From the NCBI GenBank assembly GCA_016748015.1, contig JAAOMT010000764.1, forward strand, positions 1-64,000: a DNA stretch of 64,000 bases, written 5' to 3'. Shown piece after piece: positions 12,301-24,876 of the stretch. The position numbers were made by a program, and so were the translations under genes. How positions within the stretch are numbered: position 1 is the stretch's first letter; each line of letters starts with the position of its first letter. The notes beneath the pieces were generated by a model. That model was not told the DNA's origin. It ran no database searches and worked only from the letters and a program-made list of their open reading frames with translations. The stretch is from Geosiphon pyriformis uo1. Its lineage: Eukaryota > Fungi > Glomeromycota.

Positions 12301-15250
12301 AGCTTTGGCTTTTTTAAAAACCCAATATGTAATCCAAAATTAAATTTCTAAATTATTTTATCAATCTTGTTAAATTTATATTTTTAACAATTTTTATTGG
12401 TCTGTTTTTAAGTTATGTTAACTTAAATATTTAAAAAACCATTTAAATTAAGCTTAATTAAAATTAAACAATAATTTATATTAAAATATTTCTTTATTTT
12501 ATTAATTTTTTAATTGACCAAAATATTAAACAAATTTTTATTGGTTAAAACAAATTTTAATATTTTTAAAATTGTATTATGTAAAAATATTTATTAAAAA
12601 ACTTTTATTAAAAAAGTTATATAGATTTAAATTCAAAATTAGAACTGTATTTTGTGTTATTTTTATTGAAATTATTTTTTATTATTACAAAAGTATTTTT
12701 ATTAATTATAACTGCTTAAAAAACTTTTTTTCAATAAAAATTTTTACATAAAATAATTTGTTTTTAAACAAAAATTTAATAACTAAAAACCTATTAAAAA
12801 TTTCAAAAATCTTAAAAAAATATTTAATCATATTATTGTTAACAATTATTATTATTTCAGAGTTTTTAAAATCCGAATTTTTTTTAAATTTATATATAAT
12901 TTAAAGACTAACTTCTTTTTTAATTTAGTTTTTATTATAATTAAAATAATCTTACCGGATTTTTTATGTTATTTTATTATATTAATTTATTTAACATAAT
13001 TATTTATTTTTTTTTATATTAAAATAATAATTTTTAAATATGTTTAATTATTGCAATATGAATTAAAATTATATATATATATATTATTAAGTTTATAAAT
13101 ATTATTATTAAATTTTTAATGTTTTTTTTTCAATTTTTTTATTGTTTTATTCTTTTTTAATTTACTTTATAAAATTAACAAAGCTGTATTTTAATTCAAT
13201 AATACATAAATTAAAAAATTTTAAAATTAATAAAAAAAGTTTTACACTTAAAAAAAACTATTACCAATTAAAAATTTAATTTAATTAATAATAACTGAAT
13301 TTTAGTAATTTGTATTCATATTTTTTACTAAAAAAAATAAAATAATTAATAAAAACTTGTTTTTTAGCATATCTATATAGACTAATTATTATTTATTAAA
13401 CTTAAATAATTTTTTTTAATAGATTTTTGAATTTTATATTGAAATTATATTTTAATATTATATAACGAAAATAATTATACTTAACATAAAAAGGCAAAAT
13501 TAATATAATTTAACATAAATTTATATTATTAAAAACTAAAATTGTGTTAAAAACATTTTAAAAATTTTTTAAATTTAAAATAAATAGTAATATATCTAAT
13601 TTAATTATATAAATTTTTTCATTATAAAAATTCAAAAATACCAAAAATTATGTGTAATTATACTTATTAGTAAAAAATACAATAAAGCTTAATGTTTATT
13701 TTTTTTATAATTTCTTATTAATATTAGTTTAAACAATATATACACAATTTTTTTATAAATACAAATTATTTAAAATCAATTACACAATTTTTAAATAAAT
13801 AAATTCAATTATGACTTTTTATTATAATCTAATAAACTATATTTTATTAATATTACTTGATTAAACTTAGAAAAAAAAATTTTATAACTATTTTAAAAAT
13901 ATTAATAAAATTTTTTTTAATAATTTTTTTTTAATTTGTATAAATATTTAAAAAATACTATTTTTTATAGTTAATGTTTTAAGTTTTTTTAAATATATAT
14001 ATAAATTTTAAATTTTAAAAAAATAAAAAACTGGTCTTGATATTTTTTAAAGTTAAATCTATAGAACCATTAAAAATTTTTTAGTTTTACTTAAAATAAA
14101 GCTTATTTTTTTTATTAAAGATTCTTTTTTTTTAGTATTAGAGTTTATACACTAATTATTATGAAAACTAGTTACTTTATTGCTTTAAATAATAGGCTTT
14201 TTTATAAACATATTAGTATTAGTTTTAATTAGTATAATTTTATTAACTAATTTCTTTAAAAATAAAACCTTAATGCCAAAATTCTTAATATTTTTATTTG
14301 ATTTAACAAACTTATATTTAGTAATGCCTTTTTTATATCGGAATAAATTTTTTTCTGTTTTTTCAAATATAACTTTAATAATATTATCTATTTTTAATTT
14401 AAAATATATTAAAAAAAATAGCTTAAAAGATAAACTAAATATAAAAAAAAGTATAAAATATTTTTTGGATTATTTTTTTGCTTTTTTTATAGTTTAAAAA
14501 TTAACAAGAGAAAGAGTTTTTTAAAATATTAATAGCTATATATAAAGTTTATATTTATTATATTTTTAATTTAAAGCTTTTTATAAAATTACATAAATAA
14601 TTATAACCAAAAAAAAACTTTCCATTTGTTAAACTTTTATTTATTTAAGTTTTTTAAATTGTAAATAATTTTAAAAATTTAAATAAAAAATTAAATTTTT
14701 TTTTAAAAAATAATTATTTATTAATAAATTTTATTTTTTGCTTAAATTTAATTATTTAATTTTTACCTTAAATATTATTATTGAAATAACATTTTAAACA
14801 ATAACAAAAGTCAAAAAAAGTAAATTATAAAAAAGTGTTATTGTTGTTTTTGATTTTCATGGTTTTTTATAAATAAGTTTCATTATACTTATGGTGAATT
14901 TACATTCATTATTATTTTGTAAAAAAAATGGGTAAACCAAAAATAGTAAAAATATTAAGCAAAAATACAGTTAGATTTATAGTTTTTAGAAAAGTAATAA
15001 CAATCAAAAAATTTTAATTTAAATATAAGAAGTTAATTATTAAAATTAAATAAAAATCAATTGGCCAAAAAAACTTTTTACAATAATTAAAAACTAGTTT
15101 TTTAAACAAATATAAACATGTATTATTTAACAAAACTTTTTATTTTATTTTATTTTATTTTGTTTTACATTATTAAAATTAATATAAATTTTAAAAATTT
15201 GTTTAATTATAAATAAATTTTAAATTTAATCTTAATGCTTAATTTTCAAA
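9400..15250. mobile_element. Extremely G/C-depleted block, probably decayed transposons including a LINE ORF2 (RT plus possible RNase H) on +
   Basis: Sequence near 10927 (tacagaattttaataattttgaccaaata) resembles the RT segment near 47233 (tacagagtttttaataatttggacaaaac; ancestral YRV.DGLDQ). There are faint LLEL(Q)VLC near 11484 and IALA near 12298. Boundaries are approximate. Confidence 0.5.
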
Positions 15251-15419
15251 TGGTTGCAACTCCAATTTAAATAAATACAATTAGTTGTAATCCGTAAAAT
15301 GCTTATTTATTACATTTGCAATTTTCATTTTTAGTAATAATATAATATAATATTTTTTAAAGCCACAAATTTTTGATTTTCTCAGTGTGACAATATTAAG
15401 ATTTAATGTTAGATAAGTG

Positions 15420-16173
15420 CGAATCCAAATTCTAATTAAAATTTAGAAGCTTAAAAATTCAATTAGAATTTTTGTGTTTATTACTTCCAGATTTAACTAT
15501 TGACACAATGATTCTGCTCTGTTTAAAGTTTAAACAAGGTTTTCAACAATTTTGTCTCCTTTCAGACCAAATAACTTGTATTTAATTTTTAATGGGGATA
15601 ACTTAATATTTTACAGTTTTTTTGTATAAACTTCAAAATAATCAATTTTTTTTTAAAACACATAGCATATATTTTAAAAATTTATTTTTTCGACTTGAAT
15701 GGCAGTTAAATATTTTACAGTTAAATTAATTGAATAGCATATTTCAATGTAATAGTTTTGAAATAATCCATCATTAAAGCTTCCAATATCTTCTTTATTT
15801 TTGAACATTTGTATAACCAAAGATATTCTTAAATCTTTTCGCACAGCAACTTGTTGGATCAAATATTCTTCCTTGTAAAGAGCATTAATACGAAAACGTT
15901 TCTCGGGTGAAATTTGAGGCATTGAGATTTTAAGAATACCCTTATTAGTACCAAGTTGTAAGAAACAATTGTCATGTATAGTTGCCTTAATTAGTCCCGA
16001 AGTCTCATGTTCGAAATATACATAAAAATTTATACCAGAACCATTATAAAATAATTTATTTTTAAGTTTAGACAATTAAAATAAGACTCCTTTTTTTTGT
16101 TTACAACCCTTAAATAAAAAATAATTCGAAATTCTAAATTTTTTACGGTATTCGTTTCTTCTATGGGCCACTG
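15420..16173 (-). mobile_element. Degenerate, 3'-truncated Tc1/mariner element
   Basis: The end reads TA|CAGTGGCCCATAGAAGAAAC on the minus strand (Tc1-like TIR start). There is an HTH-like MPQISPEKRFRINALYKEEYLIQQVAVRKDL..IGSFND, then a frameshifted KYKLFG(S)E.RQNC(W)K and SIVKSGS resembling SKFNLFGSDGRQYCWR / PTVKHGG. The second TIR was not found. Confidence 0.7.
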
Positions 16174-16775
16174 TATCTAATGGATTCGAGTTTGGGTTTT
16201 TGGAATACTTCAAACCGTCCCAGTTTATAGAACTTTTGGGAAGAAAATTTGGTTCATTTTAATTGGTTGAATCTTGTTATTGGCTTTTATCTCTTTACCA
16301 GAAAAAGTATCACTTAGAACCAATTATTAATACAGCCAATTATGAATTAAAAATTCAAATGCTAATATTCTATTAGGGGTTTCATTTTTTATAAGTAAAG
16401 ACAGGGACCTAATATTAATTAAATATTTAATATAAAATGTATTGAATGATTTAGTAAAGCTTGAATCAAAAAATATTAGCGTTCTTTAATTTTTTCTCAA
16501 GGCGCCCAAATTCAAACGATAATTAACACTATGAACCCTCCTTTTATTCCCCGTAAGCATTTTTATTAATCATCAATTTGAAACGGTCTTATGAACATAT
16601 CAGCGCCAATTTAAAACCCACACACAAAATGTTCATAGTAACAATTATTTAAACTTTTTTATTAATATAAATTAAATATCTCTTTTTCTAAAAAAAAAAC
16701 TTTTCAACACCTCAAACCTCCACTCCTTCTACTCTCTTCCTCTCCTTTTTCCTCGCACGAACGACCAGCCAGCCT

Positions 16776-19700
16776 TCAAATGGAGGTGGTGATACCACTC
16801 CGACCTGCCAGGGACCTCCACTTTCGTTGCGGGTCGTTCGGCAGAGGGAACAACTCCTCCTTTCCCCGAGAAGACCCACTTGAGGAAAATATTTTCGGCC
16901 GGTACTCGGGGAGTTCCTCCATTACACTTTTATTTTAGGAAAATGAAATATACATCATTTTTTCGGAATTAAATATATATGCCTCAAACTATGTTTACCT
17001 GCTGTTTCTAAACTTCTCTACCAACGCCACCTTGCCTTGAATGTTGGCATAGGCAAGTTCACACACCTTGTCAGAATTGAAACGACTCCATCGCTTCCCA
17101 ACACGAGTTTTAGCAAATGACAGAACAGCACTTATATAGCATAATAAAGAAATAAAAATTCAATATGTTTTTAAAAAGATATAAATGAATTCACGTTGTA
17201 CTTACTTAGCATCCACAAAATTAATGAATGCATATCCGACATTGCAGCGATTTTTGAAATCCATTCTCAAATACACAAAGTCATATTGACCTTTATGTGT
17301 TTCGTCAAGAGTTTCCAACAACATACGCTGATATTAAAAAGACAACCGTTTTAGTATAAGTGAAAATATCTCGTGTTATGAAATTGAGAGTAGTCATCTA
17401 CCTGAGTGTATTTGTTGGGAATGTTTCTAATCATAAAAGTCGTGCGTTGATCCTCCCCTTTGGCAAATTGATGAGCCAGTTTTAGCTTGGGATGTTTCTG
17501 AAAAGTTTGTATCTTAGAGTAGCTTACCAGTGCTGATCTTTTCCAAGTCAAGTGTGTTCTTAGCAGGAATAGTCCTATCACCAGATGTAACGACTGTGCT
17601 GTTATTAGGGCCTGTTAGTCTTTTACTTGCACGGCCATTGGTTCTCGTGCTGCTATCTTCGTCTTCGACTTGCTTGATTGAGTCGGTTCTTGTTGATATA
17701 TTCAGAAAAATTTTCGTTTCCTCGGAATTACTATCGGATTCAGAGGAAAAAGATACGCGCGAGTTTTCCGAACTGACCCCAATTTGTTGAGCTGATCCAG
17801 CGAAGGAGTTTTTGAGATCAGCGCCCCGAACATTTTGTGAATAAAATAATTCTCTTGACTGAAAATTTTTTGAGCTTTTACGTATTTCATTGTTGGGTGA
17901 ATCGGCCGAGCTATTCAAAGACAATGAAGCATCATAGGAATGGTCTGAGATGACCCGATCATTAACTTTCTGATCCTTCTTTTCAAGAAATTTGTTCAAC
18001 ATCTGCCAAGAGCATATGCCATGATTGTAATAATCAAGTTGAAATGCTGCGTTCTAAAATTAAAAAAAGTTATTATGCGATTTCACAAAACATCATGACA
18101 GCCTTGATATAAATTTACCCATATGATCTTCCCGTTTAGGATTTCTTTGGCACAAAATGCATCACGGGTATCATAATATTCAATCAAAATCATTTGTTTA
18201 TTTTCCTCTGTTAGTTTTTTGAACGCACGGATATCCCCATATAACTCGAATTCCTTCTGCGTAATGGAGAGAGAAAATTTAATAAAAAAATGTATAACCT
18301 AGGTAGCTGCACTAATCATGATGCAGGCTAAAATTTAATTTTACCATTATGCTGGACTCCCCGAGCATTTGGCCCAAAGGTTTCAGTATTAAAACTCCTT
18401 CGTTATCCCATTCCCAAGATTCGGAGTCATCTTGCCTCGAAGTCTGACCACAATTGATTTAACCAAATACCGAATACCATGACAACTATTTAATTATTTT
18501 TTTAATTACCTGTTTGGAAAAGGGTCTTGCACAAAACTGAACGACAAGACGTTTCCCGTAGATAGATTGACCTTGAAGCTGACGATGAGCTTTCATTGCA
18601 TCTCGAATGTCGTAAAAAACAACATAGATAAAGCCGTGGGTGGCTAAGAATTTGACAAATATGTCATTGACGTCTCCTTGCGCCTGGGATTGGAAGGTGT
18701 AAATAAAATAAAATAAAATTTAGGGATTCGCATCCTAATAAATATCACAGGAATTCAAAATTTCAGAACCAATTTACCTGAATAATTTGAGAAAGAGTCC
18801 AAATATTGATATCTTTCGGCAAATTTCCAACGCATAACCATCGGGATGGAGCTCCACCCCAAAAGTTGCCAAATTTTGATGGAGCGGAAAGAACCGAGGC
18901 TTGCCCTCTTGAAAATTCTGAATGATGGGGTGGCAATGGGAATTGAGATCCGTAATAATATTTATTTTGGTTTTGATGGGCGCCAGGCTGGAAATAAAGT
19001 ACTCCATTGCTCTCTTGAGCAACCGATAGCTGTTGTTCCTTAGAACGTTCTTCTTTAAGGGAGAAAAAATGATGCGCAAGGTTGCACAAGGTGTCTTCGT
19101 CCAATACTTTGCTCGATCTCTCGGATGAGTTAGAGTTTCGATTAGGACTTCCAGGCGGAGTAAGGATGTCTAAAATAAATTTGGCTTCCTCGGAAAAAGG
19201 ACAAGCCTTGAAATTTTTATCTGTTTCAATGTTGAAAGAAGCGGCAGCAGATTTATCCTCTAAAAAAGGGTCAAAAGATTTTGATTTTTCATAATTTGGG
19301 GGAGTAATGCGCCCATGCCACGGTGGGGCAATTGGGTCAAGATGTTTAACCGTAGAAATTGATTTAGAAGCCGAGTATTTAGAAGCATTGAAAGGTAGAA
19401 TAGAAGAAAAAGTCGAAGCCGAATTTTTAAAGCTATGATCGTAGGATGGTTTTGGAGTTGAAACAAATGCTGAATTTTCAATGGGGTTCGTAAAATTGGG
19501 TGCATACTTGGCACCGAGTATGAATTGATCGTATATTATAGCCGGGACATTTTTATTGGACTTGGGAGTATCAACCGAATGAACAATATCGAATTTTTGT
19601 TCAAGAGCCGAATGATCATCCGAAGTCCTTAAATACTGGGGACTATAAGCCTTGGAGCTCGGGGGGATTATAGGGATCACACCAATCGACTCTAATAAAG

Positions 19701-20035
19701 ATCAACATACATAGGATTTAAGGTAATTAGTCATGGAAAAGGAAGTGAAAGATGAATTCATTTTTGAAAACTTACCTTTTGTTTCTTTGATGAGAGGTGG
19801 GATAAGTCATGTTTAAAGTAAGAAAGAATTGACATTATATTTTAATTATAATTTAAAAAAGAATAAGGTTTTGAAATTTATATTAGTTAATTATTTTACC
19901 AGACATCAATTTTGAGTTGCCCTCATGATTAATCGAAGATGCCTCAGAGTTTTCTGCGGAATCATTTCCCAATAATTGTGGAGAAATTTCTTCTTGCGAC
20001 AAGAAGCCTGAGAACTGGTTTAAAACATTTGACAT
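16776..20035 (-). CDS. mei2: Mei2-like RNA-binding protein with three RRMs; exons ~20035-19900, (19784-19776?), 19691-18778, 18683-18510, 18443-18345, 18256-18119, 18053-17528, 17457-17402, 17327-17206, 17130-16999, 16926-16776
   Basis: The Mei2-diagnostic C-terminal RRM reads DQRTTFMIRNIPNKYTQ..YDFVYLRMDFKNRCNVGYAFINF..WSRFNSDKVCELAYANIQGK..LVEKFRNSSVM..EYRPKIF. RRM1 reads PSRWLCVGNLP..GFIYVVFYDIRDA and RRM2 reads YGDIRAF..IEYYDTRDA. The N-terminal exons are less certain. Confidence 0.9.
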
Positions 20036-20125
20036 TTTATTGTTTTTAATACCTGTAATATTAATAAATTTAAAATGTAATTTGGTCAAATAAAGAGAAA
20101 TCGCGCTCATATATATTAAACATTA

Positions 20126-20140
20126 GTGACGTGACGTCAC
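20126..20140. promoter_or_regulatory. CRE/ATF-type palindrome GTGACGTCAC with an overlapping half site, upstream of the mei2-like ATG
   Basis: gtgacgtgacgtcac lies about 95 bp upstream of the putative start codon. Confidence 0.35.
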
Positions 20141-21599
20141 CTACAGGAGACGAACCTTTTTACAGAAGATACAGTAGACTTTAGAAGACCCTTTCGAGTA
20201 ATCTATAATTGAAGTTGTAAGTGAAATAAAAGAGACGAAGAGAGGAAAGTTAGTTCATTATGAAAGAAAGGCTTAGTCTAGGATAGGAATGATATGAGGC
20301 GTAGTAAGAAGTCAAAAAGAAAGGGATTAATTGAAAATGAAATATCGAAATATTAAAGTGAAGGTGGGAGGTGTCTTGACAAGTGGTTAATTTTGTAAAA
20401 TTTTTAGAAAAGCATAAAAAAAACTAAAAGTAATGAGGAATAGGAAAGAAATGCAAAGGGTTTAAATTTGTTTTCACAAAACGCAACGCGTTAAATTCCA
20501 TAGCGGTTAAAAACTAGTTCTTAAAAACTAAGAAAAATTTCTATTTTAATTGGAGGAGGAAAAAGCAGAAGGAAAAATGCATAACCTGTGATGGTGTGTT
20601 AGTGTCAATAGAAGAAGCGACAATAAATAATTTCAGGAGAGAAGGGTTTGGTTCTTTATATAAGTTGAATGATTAATTGAAAGTGGGGTCATAGGTCAAC
20701 TTAAATTTGAGGGGAGGGTGTGACTTCAGCATATATTCACCGCAGTTTTTCCTATTGTTCATAAGGAAAATACCCCTACTCTTTAACTTTCTGATCTGTT
20801 TGTGACTAAGATTTTGATTTTTATCTGTGATCATTAGTTTAACTAAATTGATAAATCGATGATATATTAAATTTTCTAAAATGTTTTATTAATTAAACTT
20901 TTTTAATTGATTGATTATTAGTTTTCTTTTTCGGTAAGATGATTCCGGAGATTTATATGTAGTAATCAGAATTCTTAAAATTTGGGTCTACTAATAATAA
21001 AAAATTGATTATCAAAGATTAGCTTTTGAATTGCAGGATTTTTTTTGATTAGAAAGTTGATAGCAAAGAGAATTCATTATTATTATTATTATTATTATTT
21101 CTCTTCGTTTTCATTTTCGTTTTCGTTGTTTTCCTTTTCGCTTCGCTTCAAAAATAAAGAATTTCGAGGATATGTCGTACAACAGATGTCAAAAAACATT
21201 AATTTTTGATAAATAGAAGATCTTTCCCATAAAATGGGGCCTGAATCTTGATAATCACCATGTGCCATTAAATATACATGCATCAACTTTATTTTCCCGT
21301 AGTTAAATGCATTACCGATCAGTCGGATCTGAAAATTAATCTGGTAAAAATTTCATCATTGTTCACATCAATCAATCATTGTGGAGAATTTTCATTTCGC
21401 GATTAACCGGAACCTTTTAAATATAAGTTCGATTGGATAGATTTTGAAAGTTATATAAAATTCTTAATTCGGGTAAGTTTTTTAAAAAATTAATAGAAAA
21501 CAAGGAAAAATATTTATCAAATCATCAGGAAAATATATTGAAATGAAACCAAATAATAGTTGTTTTTATTCCACGGTATTATTTATTAAGATAAAAATT

Positions 21600-22540
21600 A
21601 ATTTTTTTTATTTGTTAAATTCTAAAAGTATTATATAAATATTTGAATGAATAAATGAATAAATGAATAAATAAATGTTTTGTTACATTTAATCATTCAG
21701 TCTGTTTTTTCAAGAAAATATTAAAATAATATTTTTTATTAAACATTTATATCAATAATTATTTATTATTTATCTATTAATTAAAAAATTAAAAATCTGT
21801 ATTAATTTTTTAATTATTTAATTCATTAAAAAAAAATATCTTTTTTGCTTAAATAATTGATTACAATTAAAGTTAATTTTTTAAGCCCAAGTTAATATAA
21901 AAATTTTACAAATTAATAAATTATTTTATTTGTAAAAAGACAATATTTAATAAATAAAACTTGTATAAAATTATAATAATAGTTGTGTTATTATTTTTTA
22001 TTAACAATTAACAATTAAAAATTAAAAATTAATATTTTGAAACTAATTTTCTTTATTAAATAATTTACATATGAAAATTTTTTTTTGTTATTTTAATTCT
22101 TATTTAATTTTATTACTATTAATTATTTTTAATTTTTGAAATTTTATTTTAATAAATAATAAATATATTAAAAAAATATTTAGAAACAATATTTGAATTT
22201 TAAATATATTTTAAAAATTAAAACTCAAAATATATTTCAAATAAATAATTAAAATAAACAGTATTAATTTAAATTAAAACTCCGAAATTTTGAATTGGTT
22301 AAATTATAAATATTTATGTTATATCAATATTTTTTCAAAAAAAAATTATTATTCTATACTATATATATATATATTAAAATTAACAAAAATTTTAATTAAT
22401 GATAAGTTGTAACCTTAATTAAAATTTTTATTACACATATATTATTTTTAACCAAAATATACTAATTTACACAATTTTTTAAATTTTAAAAATAAACTCA
22501 ATTGAATTAATATTTCACTTTAAAATTTCATTAAACATTT
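21600..22540. other. G/C-depleted block, probable decayed repeat
   Basis: Composition matches the blocks that contain recognisable TE relics. No motif could be read. Confidence 0.4.
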
Positions 22541-23404
22541 TTGTTTTTATGTTATAATGACCTTTCTATAAATGAATGCACCTTTAAAAAAAACTTAAAG
22601 CTACAATTCTTAAAAGAAAGACTTCATTTTTACAGTAATTTGAAACCTAAAATTTTTTACTCCAATTCATTGTCAATTTCAATAATTTGCAAATTTGGGG
22701 TTCCTTTTCTTGGAAAGCCCCATATGATTACAGATAATTTTTCCATTAAAATCATTTTTTCAATAATATTGCTGCAAATTTGAAATTTGACATTTTTAAA
22801 AGCTTTGAAATGAATCAGGAAAATTAAAAATGTTAATTCACCAAAGCACTCCCCGGATATGGTTTTTTATCTAGCTTGCTATTTCAACAAATTTTATTGC
22901 CATAAAAAATACATGTATACTTCAAACCCATTGAATCCTAAAATAGCCGATATTTTGGAGCTCAAAAGATTATAGTGCCTAACTTGCTTTCATCTTTTTG
23001 TTTTCTGAAAGATCATCATAACGATTCATCTATGATGCCATCTATTTCTAATATCATGTTTAGTCTTTTGCTAGATTCTTATAAATTATGTGGCTTCCAA
23101 AAAAATTCGAAAGGTGCTAAAGTCCAATTTTTGACTTTTTACATATTTACAAAGTCAAGACACCAATAATTTGTTGTCATTTTTGTGGTGTGAAAGCTCA
23201 CGTGTTTCTACAGAATTGGTGGCGCCTTCATATGAAAATATGCAGGATCCCACAATTTACTCCCGAATCTCCTTTCAAGGCAGCCTATTGCAAAAAAAAA
23301 TTCGAGATTTTTATTAGAGGGAGAAAAAAACTTTTCATCATATCATACCATTCCATCGATCGTCTGTTTTGTTTCCATCACTGATATAATCGAGGAAAAT
23401 AAAC

Positions 23405-24876
23405 ATGAAAAAACTTTATACCATCTTATTTACAATGAGTGATCTAGACATTAAAAAGACGAATGATTCCAAATCATTCAACAATGGACCAACCCTAGTG
23501 ATCCATGGTGGAGCTGGACGCATTCGTCACGAAGATTATCCTTCAGAACGAGAACAAAAAGCTATCAGAGCTCTTGAGGTTTCGCTTTATGCCGGAAACG
23601 AGATTTTGGCCAAAGGGGGAAGTTCTTTGGATGCTGTCGAAGCTGCCGTGAGGATCATGGAAGGTAGTATGTTTATGAAAGTGATCATTATGATCTTTTA
23701 AAAAATATGCTCAAAAGGATGTTTTTATGTGATCAGATGATCCAATGTTTAATGCTGGTAAAGGTTCCGTCTTTACAATTGGTGGCAAGGTTAATAAGTG
23801 ATAAGAGGTATTTGAATTCGTTTTGAGATGCTCTTGACATTTCTAAGAATATAATATTCAAATTTAGAACGAACTCGAAGCTTCAATTATGATTGGTACG
23901 GAATATCACCCAGCCGGTGCATGCACTTTATTACACACCGTTAAAAATCCAATCAGTCTGGCCAAGACCATTTTAAAAGATCCCAATAACTCACATGTAT
24001 TTTTGGGTGGTAAAGATGCTGAAGAATATGCAAAATTAAAAGGTTTAGAAATCGTAGATCCTAGTTACTTTTGGACCAAAAATCGTTGGGAACAACATAT
24101 GAAAGGTCTGGAAAATCAAAAAGTAGAGCATGGACTTGTCTCGAATGTTCAAGATGTAGATGACGGTAATTTATTATCACCTGAGCTTAATAAAAGTCCT
24201 GAATTGGATTTTGGTTCATTGGGAACGGTTGGTGCCGTTGCAGTCGATAAAGATGGGGTAATTGCTGTTGCTACGTCTACTGGTAATCTACCATTGTCTC
24301 TTTACTTTTAGTTTTACAAGTAACCAATGTCTTTTCTAAATTTTCTGATATTAATATAATAATTTTGCGTTTCCAAAGGGGGGAGAACTAACAAAAGGGA
24401 TGGTCGTATTGGAGACACACCATTAATTGCTTGTGGAACTTGGGCTGACAATGAAAGTTGTGGAGTTAGTGGAACAGGAGATGGTGAGGTATGAATTTTG
24501 AGAATTTTGCTATTATTGAAGGAAAATATTATAGTAAAGAAATCACTATTTTATATAGTTCTTCATACGATATGGGATAGTTCAAGATGTCTCTGCGCGA
24601 ATGAAGTACCTTGGTGAGAGCGTAGAAAATGCCGCGAAACATGTAATTGATGATATGAAAAAAGTTGGAGGGGATACTGGGGTTATTGCTTTGGACAAAT
24701 ATGGAAATGGTGAGATGATATATTTTTAAGATTTTTACCTTTCAAAGTTAATCTTTACTTTTTGATTAATTCCTGGATGTCTGTTTTTAGTCACAATGCC
24801 TTTCAATACATCTGGAATGTATAGAGGATACATTCGTGTATCTGATGGAATTCCTCATGTAGCAATTTTCGAATAA
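23405..24876 (+). CDS. Isoaspartyl peptidase/L-asparaginase (plant-type, Ntn-hydrolase), multi-exon; start at 23405 or the next in-frame ATG (~23434)
   Basis: [42 protein letters not shown], nucleophile G|[49 protein letters not shown]. Introns are GT-AG. Confidence 0.93.

Noticed and set aside
14273-14497. F/L/I/K/N-rich ORFs (also 37678-37890, 44549-44758, 44806-45003, 47941-48126, 52219-52632) suggesting mitochondrial or endosymbiont DNA
   Set aside because: No organellar or bacterial gene motifs. The composition follows from extreme AT content, and the blocks contain TE relics.
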